From: the human T2T-CHM13v2.0 reference genome, Homo sapiens
DNA: 64,000 nucleotides
Direction: 5' to 3' (one strand)
NCBI RefSeq assembly: GCF_009914755.1
Contig: NC_060927.1
The position numbers were made by a program, and so were the translations under genes. A model generated the notes under the pieces. The model was not told where the DNA came from. It ran no database searches and worked only from the letters and a program-made list of their open reading frames with translations. Below are positions 1 to 13,413 of this stretch, in pieces (the stretch's first letter is position 1; each line of letters starts with the position of its first letter).

Positions 1-349
1 TGAATGAAATGCTATCTTTGTTGCTAAGATATGCATTAAAGTAAGCTTATATCATTGGCATCTTTCACGAACTTCATTTAAAGTATATTTTAAACACAAT
101 GTTCTGGAAAGTAGGAAAGTAACTGCTATTTCTATTAGAGGACTGTTGTCTCTGGTTATGACACAGAATGCTCTACTGCAGAAAGAGAGGAAAATAAAAA
201 CATAAAGTGGTAGCACGTTGCTGAAAAAGCAGCATTTTTTTTTCCTCACACCTTGCCTGAAAAACTTTTTGCCTGGATTAGAATAGAGCCTTAGATGGAT
301 ATTTGTAGGGATGCACATCCAGAATATATGTCAGAAAAAATTTAGATTA

Positions 350-620
350 TCGAATATTTGTTGAGTGAATATGAGGTGCCCGACGTGATACTAGGTTGAG
401 GACCCTGAAAAAGATCACACTCCAGGTGTTGATCTTCTAACGAGGAGAGAGACACAACAAGGATAGTATGGAGAACTACGGTCAGTGCCATAGCGGAAGA
501 GATCCTGGGGGTCGCTGAGAGAGGTGCCTAATTCAGCTGCTAGAAAGGAGATTCCAGGGAAAGCTTTCCAAGGAGGTTTTACTGGCATTCCATTTTGAAG
601 AATGAGTAGGAGTTAATTGT
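350..620 (-). mobile_element. L2 LINE 3' fragment (ancient)
   Basis: Degenerate match to the reverse-complement L2 3' end pattern (atatttgttgagtgaatatgaggtgcc...cagggaaagctttccaaggagg...gaagaatgagtaggagtt). Confidence 0.55.
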
Positions 621-910
621 TTAGGTTGTTTTTAAATTGCTTATCTCCTAAGTAGTTTTAAGAAGAATGATATTTTGAAATTATCTTGTCACGCACAATT
701 CTGTAGGTTTGATCAAAGAAGACAGTTCTTATTTCTCCTCTTTCCATCTAACGTACATGCATTCACACTCACAAGTTTGGTTTTTCAAATGTGTGGCTTT
801 ACTATCAGATTTATTGGTAAAACTATATTGATGTGTATGTATGTGTGAGAATAGATGGTAGGAATTACGTATAAGATCATCACTTCAATGTAAATAAAAT
901 TTACCTTCTA

Positions 911-1255
911 GGCCGGTCGCAGTAGCTCACACCTGTAATCCCAGCACTTTGGGAGGGCGGGCGGATTCAGAGGCCGAGGCGGGCGGATTCAGAGGCCTAG
1001 GAAGGCAGATCATGAGGTCAAGAGCTCGAGACCATCCTGGCCAACATGGTGAAACCCCGTCTCTACTAAAAATACAAAAATTAGCTGGGCGTGGTGGCGC
1101 ATGCCTGTAGTCCCAGCTGCTTGGGAGGCTGAGGCAGGAGAATCTCTTGAACCTCGGAGGTGGAGGTTGCAGTGAGCCTAGATCGCGCCTCTGCACTCCA
1201 ACCTGGTGACAGAGAGAGACTCCATCTCAAAAATGAAAAATAAAAAATAAAAAAA
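911..1255 (+). mobile_element. Alu (AluSc-like) with internal tandem repeat in the left arm
   Basis: GGCCGGTCGCAGTAGCTCACACCTGTAATCCCAGC start, A-rich linker, A-tail; TSD aaataaaatttac(c/t)ttc(t/c)a at ~892-910 and ~1253-1271. Confidence 0.95.
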
Positions 1256-1276
1256 TAAAATTTACTTTCCAAAGTC

Positions 1277-1294
1277 ATACATACATATATATAT

Positions 1295-1379
<85 letters not shown>

Positions 1380-1380
1380 T
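1277..1380. repeat. Compound microsatellite (TA)n(CA)n(TA)n(T)n
   Basis: Directly visible; abuts the tail of the minus-strand AluJ. Confidence 0.95.
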
Positions 1381-1665
1381 GAGACCAGATCTTGTTCTGT
1401 GAATCAGGCTGGAGTTCAGTGGTGCAATCATGGCTCACTGTAACCTTGAACTCCTGAGCACAAAAATCCTCCTTCAGCCTTCCAAATAGCTGGGATTACA
1501 GGTGTGTGCCACCATGCTGGACTAGTTTTTCTTTTTATTTTTGGGGGAGAGATGAGGTCTCACTGTGTTTCCCAGGCTATTCTTGAACTTCTGGCTTCAA
1601 GCAGTACTCCTTCCTTGGCTTCCCAAAGTGCAAGAATTACAGGTGTGAGTCACCATGCCCTGGCC
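1362..1665 (-). mobile_element. AluJ
   Basis: T-run, then gagaccagatcttgttctg...ggtgcaatcatggctcactgtaaccttgaactcctg (J-type), ends catgccctggcc. Confidence 0.9.
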
Positions 1666-2630
1666 CTAGAGTGTAATTACATATTTTTCATCACACATTC
1701 TCTCTAAACACAAAGAACACATGCTCTTAAACAAGATCCAGAAACAGACAATTCTACTGGCTGTATCTGTATTTACTTTGAACACATTATCTCATTATAC
1801 GGCAGATTCTTCATTGTAACAAACATCCCTAAAGTGGAATGAAGAAAATGAATGCATGCGTACTCCACAGGGTATTTTCTAGGGGAGAAATAACTTTATA
1901 TTCTAGCTTGGAAACATTTCTATTCTACAATTTTGGAGAGAAGATAATTGATATCTTTGCACACATATCTTTTTGTCTGATAATGAGATACATATTTTAT
2001 AAATATTCATGTTGCTATAAACCAGGTTGGTCTTAGATGGGATAGGCAAGACCTAACTTTGGCTATTAATTTAATTTCCTCACACATAGAAGATTGTTTT
2101 AATAAAGATGGTACATAATCCTAGAGGAAAAGACTCCTTTAGTAAGCTGTATGATTGTCTTCTTTGAGAAGAGCCTCTGGCAGTTTAGTAGATATAGGCA
2201 AAGATTTATGACTAGTGACTACATTTTCTCCCATTTATTCTGGAACGACTTTCTACTGATTCTTCTAAGATTTATCTTTCTAAACTCTAAGTAAGCCAAC
2301 GTGATCACCGTAGGCTATAATGTTCAATACTTTTCTTCATGGTGTTTTATTTATTTTGCTTATTTATATTGTGATATACTTCACACTTACGAGAATATTT
2401 TTTAAAAGATTTCTTTTCTGCATCTACTATGCAGTCTAACAAAGAAAGCATTAAAAATACAGATGAAGCTCTTTCATGCATGGTATGATAATTTCATTGC
2501 ATTAGATCATGCCTCAAGGTAACCACTATTTTTAATTTGTTGTTTAACCTCCTATATATTTGCATACTTTTACCACTGAAATGTGTATTGCTAAATAATA
2601 TATAGTATCATTTTGCATATTTTAGTATCA

Positions 2631-2665
<35 letters not shown>

Positions 2666-3099
2666 CTAGCAACTTACTTTTTTTAACCTAACATTGTTTT
2701 TTGGATTATTTTTCCCATATTGATATATGCGGTTCTACTTTATTTTCATTGCTGTATACTATTCCATTGCATGACTTTACCACAGTTTGTCCATTCTCAC
2801 ATTAATAGACTTAGTTTTCTAGTTTTTCTATTGCAAACAAAGCTACTATGAACATTTTTGTATTTGTGTCCTTGTGTATGTACATAAGACTTTTCTAGGT
2901 CATATCACATAACAGTGAAATTGTTAGTTTTGGAACTATGTGGTTTTAAAATTTTATAAAATGTTGGCTGATCAACCTCTAAAACCTCTTGTAACAATTT
3001 ACACTTCCACCAGCAGTCTCCACACCATCACTAACACTTCGTAAGACTTTTTTGCTTTTTGTCAGTCTTGAGGGTCTAAAATGGTATATCAATTATGAG

Positions 3100-3501
3100 T
3101 TGCTTTACCCGGTAGAATCCAAGAGAGAAGAAGTTGTGCAAGTTTTGTGCAAGTTCTGTCTCAAGACCTGGCATATTTGACTTTTGTACTTGAGAGTCCT
3201 GAGCCACCACGGAAGAAACCACTGCTAGACAGACCATGTAAAGAAGTCATATAGTGGGCTGACACCCAGAATCACTTAAAGAGATAGAGCAGGCCAGCCA
3301 TGTCAGCAACCCAACTGATCCAGCCCTCATCAACCCAGCAGAAGATTGCAGCCACATGAATGACCACTGACAATACCAGCAAAAGTCTCAGCTGAGCCCA
3401 GCCCACATTGCATATCTGTGAGCAAATAAAATGATTGCTGTTTTTAAGCTAGCTCCTAAATTTTGGAGTATTTTTTAACATATGAATAAATTCCTGAAAC
3501 A
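3100..3501 (+). mobile_element. MLT1-family MaLR LTR fragment
   Basis: cagctgagcccagccc...gtgagcaaataaaatgattgctgtttttaagc...ttttggagta, typical MLT1 3' end. Confidence 0.7.
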
Positions 3502-4417
3502 TCAATTAAAAATATTTTGATGGACAGTTTTTTCTTTAATTTTAATGTTGTCAAATATATCAATTTATTTTTCCCTATAGCTTGTAGTTTTTGTCTTGTG
3601 TACAAAAGCTTCCCAACTCAAAGATTATTAGGATATTCCAATAAGTGTTTTAAATTTTTACCTTTCACATTTTGGTCTTTGATGCAACTGGAATGTGTAA
3701 TGCATATGGTATGAAGTGGAGCCCATTTTTTTTCCTAGACGGCTAATCAATTTCCCTAGGACTATTAATGATATAATCCATTCATTCTTCGTTGTCTTGC
3801 AATGGCACTTTGTGGCGTTTTTTAAGTATACTGGGGTCTTCTTTGAGCATCTTTAGTTCCACTAGTTTATTGGCCTATCCTTGTGCCAAGACCAAATACA
3901 GTGTTAAATAATTTTAGTTTTAAAATAATCTTGATATCTGTTAGGAAACCTCTCTCTAACACTACTTTTTACTTATTCTGACTTCTGTTTGTTTTTAGTA
4001 TCCTGGCCCTGAATACTTCCATATACATTTTGAAATAAGCTTAAGTTACAAAAAATAAAACTGTTAAGTTTGACTGAAATTGCACTTAATTTGTAGCTTA
4101 ATTGAGGAGAAATTACATCTTCACTATATTCTGTCTTGTCTTTCTATTCATGAACATAGTATATACATCTATTTACGTGGATCTTTTTAAATAACTTCAA
4201 ATTTTGATTTTTTTTACCAAGTTCTTGCATATGTTTTGTTAATGTTATTGCTAAGTACCCTACATTTTTGTAGCAACTGTAATTATTTTCTCTGAAGTCA
4301 GCTTTAATAAGATAAATTAATATAATATAACCAGAACCTATCACATGTGTGTAATTTGATGAGTTTTGAAAAACATATCGCTCACATAATCACTACCACA
4401 GTCAAGATAAAGAATTG

Positions 4418-4709
4418 TTTTTTTTTTTTTGAGACGGAGTCTCACTCTGTCACCCAGGCTGGAGTGCAGTGGCTCGATCTCAGCTTACTGCAAGCTCTGC
4501 CTCCCAGTTCAAGTGATTCTCCTAATTCAGCCTCCTGAATAGCTGAGACTACACGGGCCCGCCACCACGCCCGGCTAATTTTTTGTATTTTTAGTAGAGA
4601 CGGGGTTTCACCATGTTAGCCAGGATGGTCTTGATCTCCTGACCTCGTGATCCACCACCTCAGCCTCCCAAAGTGCTGGGATTACAGGCATGAGCCACTG
4701 CACCCAGCC
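4418..4709 (-). mobile_element. Alu (AluSc/Y-like)
   Basis: Poly-T + gagacggagtctcactctgtcacccaggctgg...ttagccaggatggtcttgatctcc...cacccagcc. Confidence 0.95.
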
Positions 4710-5484
4710 AAGCATTTTTATTATTTAAAACAATCCCTTGTTCTCTTTCCCAGTCCACCAAATCATCTCTTCTGCCCACGGGTAAGCAATGATATGTCTT
4801 CTGTAAGAATAGATCAGATTGTTTTCCATTGTTTTATACAAACAGAATCATATGGTATACATTGTTTATGTCTAGCTTCTGTCACACAGCATGCTTTTTG
4901 AGATTTACTCATGATTTTGCATATATCAATAATTCTAGTTCTTTCCAAATTATTTGTCTATTCACCTGTTCATGAACACTTCGGTTATTTCCAGGTTTAG
5001 GCTATTATCTTTTAAACTGCTGTAAACATTTATGCACAAGTCTTTAGATTAATTACATTTTCATCTTTTTGGGGTACATATATAGTAGCAGAATAGTAAG
5101 GTGTCATGTGACGTGTATGTTTAGCATTTAAAAAACTCCAAAACTGTTTTTCAAAGTGGCTGTACAATTTTTCATTTTTTATTTCCTTAAGTTTTCAAAT
5201 GTCGTGGCTTAAATGTATTTATAGTGTTATTTTATTTGTATGTCTTTGCTATAATTCTACCTTTATACTTCTTAAATTTATTATGGGTTTTTATTATGTT
5301 TTTCTTGATCAATCCTGAAACAGCTTTGCTCCTTTTAGTTGTTTTTTCAAAAACAAGTGTTTTAGGTTTATTGATTCTTTTATTGTATTTTTCATTTATT
5401 TGAATTTGCCTTTTTTCTTCATTATTGTTTTCTTTCAATGTTCTCTGGATTTATTTATCTTTTTCTAGCTTCCCAAGATGAATA

Positions 5485-6565
5485 CTGTGATGGTCTTTGA
5501 TTTATTGCCTCTCAGCTCCAAATTCACACTTTAAAAAAAGAGAAAAGGAGTTGGCCTTATAAATATTTCTCTTTTGCCTACTGAGAGATCTTAAGGGACA
5601 TTGAAGGAGAAAGATTTTTCTTCCTGCTTCTGGAGAGGGTTGCTCATCGACTGCTATAGAATATGCCTTTTTATCCACTGCTTGGCCTGCACAGAATCTT
5701 CAGGGCTCGGTGCTGATAGGGATCAGCTTTATACAGTGTTTGGCTACTGTGTGCTTTTTGCAGCCATTGACTTAAGCAGCAGCAACACAGACCAAACTCT
5801 TACATAGCATGGGCTACAGCCTTGGCCAAGATCCCTACTCCCTGCACTCTCCCCTCAGTCTCACATGAACCAGGCTTGGGGCCCCAGTGGATTGGCCATT
5901 TAATGACATTGCTTCCCAATCTTAACTCCTAGAAGCTGTCCCAGAATCACTCAGCCCATACTGTACAAAAGAAGAATGCTAGATTCCTGTAGAGGAAGGC
6001 TTCTCCAGCTCCTGGTTTCACTAGCAACCATTGCGGTGACTTCCTCCTTCCCTCCACTCTCTAATCTCCCTGCCCACTCACTCTTCACTTCCGTACTGCC
6101 CCAAACCCCACTCTTCCGGAATGCTTCTCAGTGCCTATTTGTCATTCTAACTTGTTTGTGTCTTGAAGGTTTATTTTCTTCCTGACACAAACACAGCACT
6201 ATTCTTCATTTTCCCAGTGATGCCTCAACTCCATCTGATATCTGTCCACAGCTTTAACTTCTCTGCACTCCAGAGAGTTGTTCCTGCTTGTCTAGCCACT
6301 GAGGACCAGCTTTGGTTTAGCAATCCAGCAAACTCTTTCCTTAACTAACTGAGCCACAACCATATTTTCCTCTACAAGGTTTGAACATCTTTTCAAATTT
6401 GTCTTTCCTTGGGCACTCGCTCTCAGGCCTTGGATCAATTTCCATTAGAGTTCTCTGTCTATCATTATGGTAACTCTTCTATCATAATCAATAATTCTTT
6501 ATATCAAAATGATTTTAAACTTCCCCTGATTTCTTTCTCCTGATTAGATTCAGCCTATGTAAATA
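5485..6565 (+). mobile_element. ERVL-class LTR (LTR33/LTR41-like)
   Basis: Starts tgtgatggtctttgatttattgcctctcagctccaaattcacac, ends ttaaacttcccctg...ttctcctgattagattcagcc; resembles recalled LTR33/41 termini. Confidence 0.5.
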
Positions 6566-6644
6566 CCAACTAAGTTTCCGTGTGTTTTCTAATAAAGGCA
6601 TTTAAGGCTATTAATTCCCCTCTAGTAGTAAATTGTTATATATG

Positions 6645-7298
6645 GTAAGATTTCTGCTACTGCTAGTGTTCTGTAACAAGAATTAGCTCATGTAAGATTG
6701 GTAAATAAGAGAATAATGCTTACATAATGCCTATATTGTTTTGGTTCATACTTTTTTAAGAAAACCAACATGTTAAGATTACATCTTACCAAAAGTAATA
6801 GCAGTAAAATGCAAAGTGCACTAGAATAGAATGTGAACTAATAATGCTGGATACTGTCAGCTGTGGGTGAACATAGTGCTATAAATGACATTTATTCATT
6901 CCGTGGCCTTCTCTTTGGCTTAATTTAGTCATGTGCTTTCTCGTGAAATTGCTATTGTGTTTTTCTTTCCCTTATTTTTGTGCATTTCACCCTTCCTATA
7001 ATTCAGCACGCTCTAAGCTTTCTAACCTAACCTTATGTTAGGGGAGATTTTAGAAAATAAAGTTTTATATTAACTATAGTATTAATTTATTAAAGAGTAA
7101 ACATGTATTTTTAATTATGCTATTGTTTTACTGGGATTGTTACTATTTTTAGTAGTGCTTTAGTTACAAAGTTGTGTAGATTTTAGGTGTTGTATTCCAG
7201 ACCTATCTTTCCAATATACCCTCTTATTTTCAGTGGGGAGTTTTGCAGAATCAAGGTTTCATAGGTGATATCCATATCACGTTACACACAGAAGGCCC
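6645..7298 (-). mobile_element. TcMar-Tigger DNA transposon relic (Tigger12/13-like)
   Basis: Right end gtgctttagttacaaagttgtgtag...ttttgcagaatcaaggtttc...atatcacgttac resembles the reverse complement of the Tigger13a 5' end; left end tttctgctac. Confidence 0.5.
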
Positions 7299-7373
7299 AT
7301 ATTTTCATTCTCTTTCAAGTTCCAATCTTTCCTAATTTCCTTTTGAATCATGAGTAATGTTAAAATATGTTAT

Positions 7374-7377
<4 letters not shown>

Positions 7378-7410
<33 letters not shown>

Positions 7411-7706
7411 CTTTAAGTTTTAGGGTACATGTGCACAATGTGCAGGTTAGTTACATATGTATACACGTGCCATGCTGGTGCGCTGCACCCACTAACTCGT
7501 CATCTAGCATTAGGTATATCTCCCAATGCTATCCCTCCCCCCTCCCCCCACCCCACAACAGTCCCCAGAGTGTGATATTCCCCTTCCTGTGTCCATGTGT
7601 TCTCACTGTTCAGTTCCCACCTATGAGTGAGAATATGCGGTGTTTGGTTTTTTGTTCTTGCGATAGTTTAATGAGAATGATGATTTCCAATTTCATCCAT
7701 GTCCCT
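7378..7706 (-). mobile_element. 5'-truncated young L1 (L1PA2-like), ~330 bp, with (TTA)n tail
   Basis: ttatactttaagttttagggtacatgtgcacaatgtgcaggttag...cgctgcacccactaactcgtcatctagc; 16-bp TSD aaaa(t/c)atgttatttta at 7362-7377 and 7709-7724. Confidence 0.95.
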
Positions 7707-7734
7707 AAAAAACATGTTATTTTAAAACAAAAAA

Positions 7735-7912
7735 AGGTCATGTGAGCACAGCAAGGTGGCAGCAGCCTAAAAGCCAAGAGGAGGCCTCAGAATAAAACTT
7801 ATCTTCCTGGCACCTTGATCTTGGACTTCTCAGCCTGCAGTTTTTTGAGAAATAAATTTCTGTTTTTTAAGCCTGTGGTATTATGTTATAGCAGCCTGAA
7901 CAGACTAATAGA
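7735..7912 (+). mobile_element. MLT1A-like MaLR LTR, 3' half
   Basis: gcaccttgatcttggacttctcagcc...aataaatttctgttttttaagcc...gcagcctgaacagactaata. Confidence 0.75.
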
Positions 7913-7919
7913 TCAAGCT

Positions 7920-9960
<2,041 letters not shown>

Positions 9961-11667
9961 GGAAATATATATTTAAAGGCAGAAATAATTTTTACCAACA
10001 TGGGACTTCTTTATGTTATGAGGTTATCTGGATCATGTGACTCAAATTCATGTCCGTGTAAAAGGAAACAATCTTTTTCTCCTATCTCTGTTAAGTACAT
10101 TAAACCTAAGCCTCCTGGTTAGTGAAATCAGCTAATTTAGCTTCCATTCCGGTTGCTACCTTTAGAATCTTCCTTACTCCCTTATCCCCTTACCCCTAGG
10201 TGTTTTGTTTGTTTGTTTGTTTTTGTTATTTTTTTCTCCTACTTGAATTGCATTGATTTATTATGTGCTCAGTTATAAATTTAAAGGGTGGTTGTTATAT
10301 TTAATCCAATATATCTAGATGTTTTATATTAGAAGTTCTTTCAGGTTACTTAGTTCATTATGTTTTTAAGCCACTCTGCTATTATTTTTTTAAAGGCTTC
10401 TGTAACAAGTTCTCATTGAAACATGGGTTAATTTATCACATTTGGTTGAAAGGGGGGAAATCCTAATATTTATTGAGTGGCTAAATGTGACAGGCATGGA
10501 AGTGGGTGCTCCAAACGACATTTTTTCTAACTTTAAGTAATTGACAACTTATGTCTTAAGAAATGAGTTGTAGCCAGTAAATTTCAAAGAAAAAAAGGAC
10601 CCGTAAGTCAAGAACAATTTCCAAATAATGAAGAGCAACCTTGCTTTATATTTCAGGGGTCTTATAAAATAGTAGTGAGAAGAGAGGATTGTATCGAAGG
10701 CAACATTCATTTATTTCCTACCTGGTTTCAAGGCAACTTTATTTATGCCTTACACTGTCTAATAAGAGAGAAGGAAAGAACATTTGGCCAACAGAAAGTA
10801 TTTTAAAAATGATGGGCTGTCCCATTGTTTACCCTCTACCCTCTGTTCCATTATTAAGAATTACTTTTATTCAGTTATTAAAATCAGTGTTTTTCTAAAC
10901 TTTTCTAGGTGAGAAATTTCTTAAATGAGCACTTTTTTTCTCTTCATTAGACTGCTGGCTTCATCTGGCAGAAGGCATGTCTTTTCTTCTTCTTCTTCTT
11001 TAAATTCACCTTTGTTATTATGTACCCAGCAAAATACTAGAACAAAATAAGCACTGAATAAATGTTTCTTGAATGGAAGACTAAGTGATTCTCTCTGTTA
11101 CAGAGCTTTCAGAATTGGAGGATCTTGCTTTTAAGATGGACACCACCAAGAGATTTTTTTTCAGTGAAGCTGAAAGGAAGAGAGTTGACAGTGGCATGGT
11201 CGTAATAGGTCTCTGGATATTAAGACTATAATAGATTAGTGATTTGGGAAAAGGCAGAGAAGATTCTGCATATTGCTTTGAATTATTCTGGGGATTTTGT
11301 CCATAAAACATGCAAGCTGTAAACCATTCATTGGTCATGAACCAAGTGGTGCAATGGAAAGAACGTGACCATTAGAATAAAACAGACTTTGCAAAATCAC
11401 AATGTTCATTTATTACCACAAAATAAATTATTTTCTTTTGCTCCAGGAGAACTCTACTGTAGAAAAACCATCTTAAAAATCATACAGAATATCTTCTGTC
11501 TTCATAGATTTCTCATGAAGATTGTTTTGAATGAAGAATTCTTATTTTTATTCTTACTTTGAAAAAATACTTATTTTTCTTCCAGTTCAAAGTATACCAC
11601 ACTTACTTTCTATACTAAGCTAGAAAACTAAATAGGAAGAATCAATGGAGATATTATTGTACCTCCA

Positions 11668-12200
11668 TAATCAGGTAGGATTCTTTTGTTTGCAAGAGAG
11701 AAGAAAAAATTGATTAAGCCAAAAGGGAATGTATTGTCTAATGTAACTGAACTACACTTAGACCTGACTTGAAATATTGGGTTCACACAATATCACTGGG
11801 GCTAAGTTATCTCCATTTCTTGGTGCTACTTAGCTCTGTTATTGTACTTCTTTTGAGTTAATTCTGTGGCATGCTCCTTCATCTTCACCACAAAATGGCT
11901 GCTATGCTGCTATCACTTACATTTTTCATAACTTCAGGCCAAATGGTAGAAAATGCAAATCTCTTTCAGTAGCTTTTATGAAGTCTTGAGATTAATTCTG
12001 GTTGGCTTAACTTAGGTCACATTCTCACTCAATCATAAGAATTAAGCAAATATGATGCCCTGATTGGATTAGTACTAAGTCATGCGCTCCAGTCCAAGGA
12101 TGAGACAGAATTGACTCTGACAGGAGAACATAAACTAAAAGTGATAGAGATGAAAATATAGAAAGATTTTGGTATCTGAAAACAACATATTTCTATTACT
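11668..12200 (-). mobile_element. MLT1J/K-like LTR
   Basis: tcaggtaggattcttttgtttgcaag...ttaagccaaaagggaatgtattg...ggcttaacttaggtcacattc. Confidence 0.55.
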
Positions 12201-12203
12201 ACC

Positions 12204-12258
12204 TGCATTAGTCTGTTTTCACACTGCTATAAAGATGCTACCTGAAACTGGGTAATTT
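12204..12258 (-). mobile_element. THE1D/MSTA-like LTR, left piece (split by insertion)
   Basis: tgcattagtctgttttcacactgctataaagatgctacctgaaactgggtaattt; preceded by 5-bp TSD CTACC (12199-12203). Confidence 0.9.
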
Positions 12259-12459
12259 TTTTATTTTAAATTTTGAAGAAACTTAATTTCCTCATATTCT
12301 GCTATACCTTACTCTGTATGGAAAATATCTTTTTTAAAATAGTACATTTTCTTAAAGGTTATGACTCCTATCTTAGAGAAATTTTTATTTTTGCTTATTT
12401 TAAAAAAAAATTCCTGGACTAATAAATCCAAAATCTCTGCTATAGCTGAGTCTGATCCT

Positions 12460-12822
12460 TTTTCCTTCTGTATTTCAATGGTTTTGGGGGAAGGAGTGGC
12501 GTTTGGTTACATGAATAATTCTTTAGTAGTGATTTCTCAGATTTTGGTGCACCCATCATCTGAGCAGTGTACACTGTACCCAATGTGTAATCTTTTATCC
12601 CTCACCACCCCCCACCACCCTTTCCTCCAAGTCCCCAAAGTCCACTGTGTCATTCTTATGCCCTTGTGTCCTCATAGCTTAGCTCCCACTTTTGAGTGAG
12701 AACATATGATGTTTGGTTTGCCATTCTTGAGTGACTTCACTTGGAATAATGGTTTCCAACTCCATCCAGGTTGCTGCGAATGCCATTATGTTGTTCCTTT
12801 TTATGGCTGAGTAGTATTCCAT

Positions 12823-12868
<46 letters not shown>

Positions 12869-13413
12869 TATGTGTGTGTGTATATATATATATACATATG
12901 TATATCCCATTTTCTTTATCCACTCAATTGATGGGCATTTGGGCTGGTTCTATATTTTTCCATTTGTGAATTGTGCTACTATAAACGTGTGTGCAAGTAT
13001 CTTTTTTGTATAATGACTTATTTTCCTCTGGGTGGCTACCTGGGAGTGGGGTTGTTGAATCAAATGGTAGATGTATTTTTAGTTATTTAAGGAATTTTCA
13101 CACTGTTTTCTATTGTGGTTGTACTAGTTTACATTCCCACCAACAGTGTAAAAGTGTTCCCTTTTCACTGCATCAATGCCAACATCTTTTATTTTTTGAT
13201 TTTTTTATTATAGCCATTCTTGCAGGAGTGAGGTGGTATTGCATCGTGACTTTGATTTGCGTTTACCTAATAATTAGTGATGTTGAATATTTTTTGATGT
13301 CTGTTGGCCATTTGTATATCTTCTTTTGAGAATTGTATATTCCTGTCTTCAGCCTACTTTTTTATGGTATTGTTTTTTTTCTTCTTGGTGATTTGAGTTC
13401 TTTGTAGACTCTG
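12460..13413 (-). mobile_element. L1PB (L1PB1/2-like) 3' fragment containing a (TG)n(TA)n repeat at ~12824-12900
   Basis: tatttcaatggttttggggg...tttggttacatgaataattctttagtagtgatttc L1PB 3' end; ORF2 C-terminal remnant MEYYSAIKRNNIMAFAATWMELE. Confidence 0.9.

Larger units (their letters stand above)
2350..5480 (-). mobile_element. Old L1M 3'/ORF2 fragments (interrupted by MLT1 and Alu)
   Basis: T-rich L1 antisense motifs (ttcattgctgtatactattccattg, acacttccaccagcag, ttgactgaaattgcacttaatttgtag). Confidence 0.7.
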
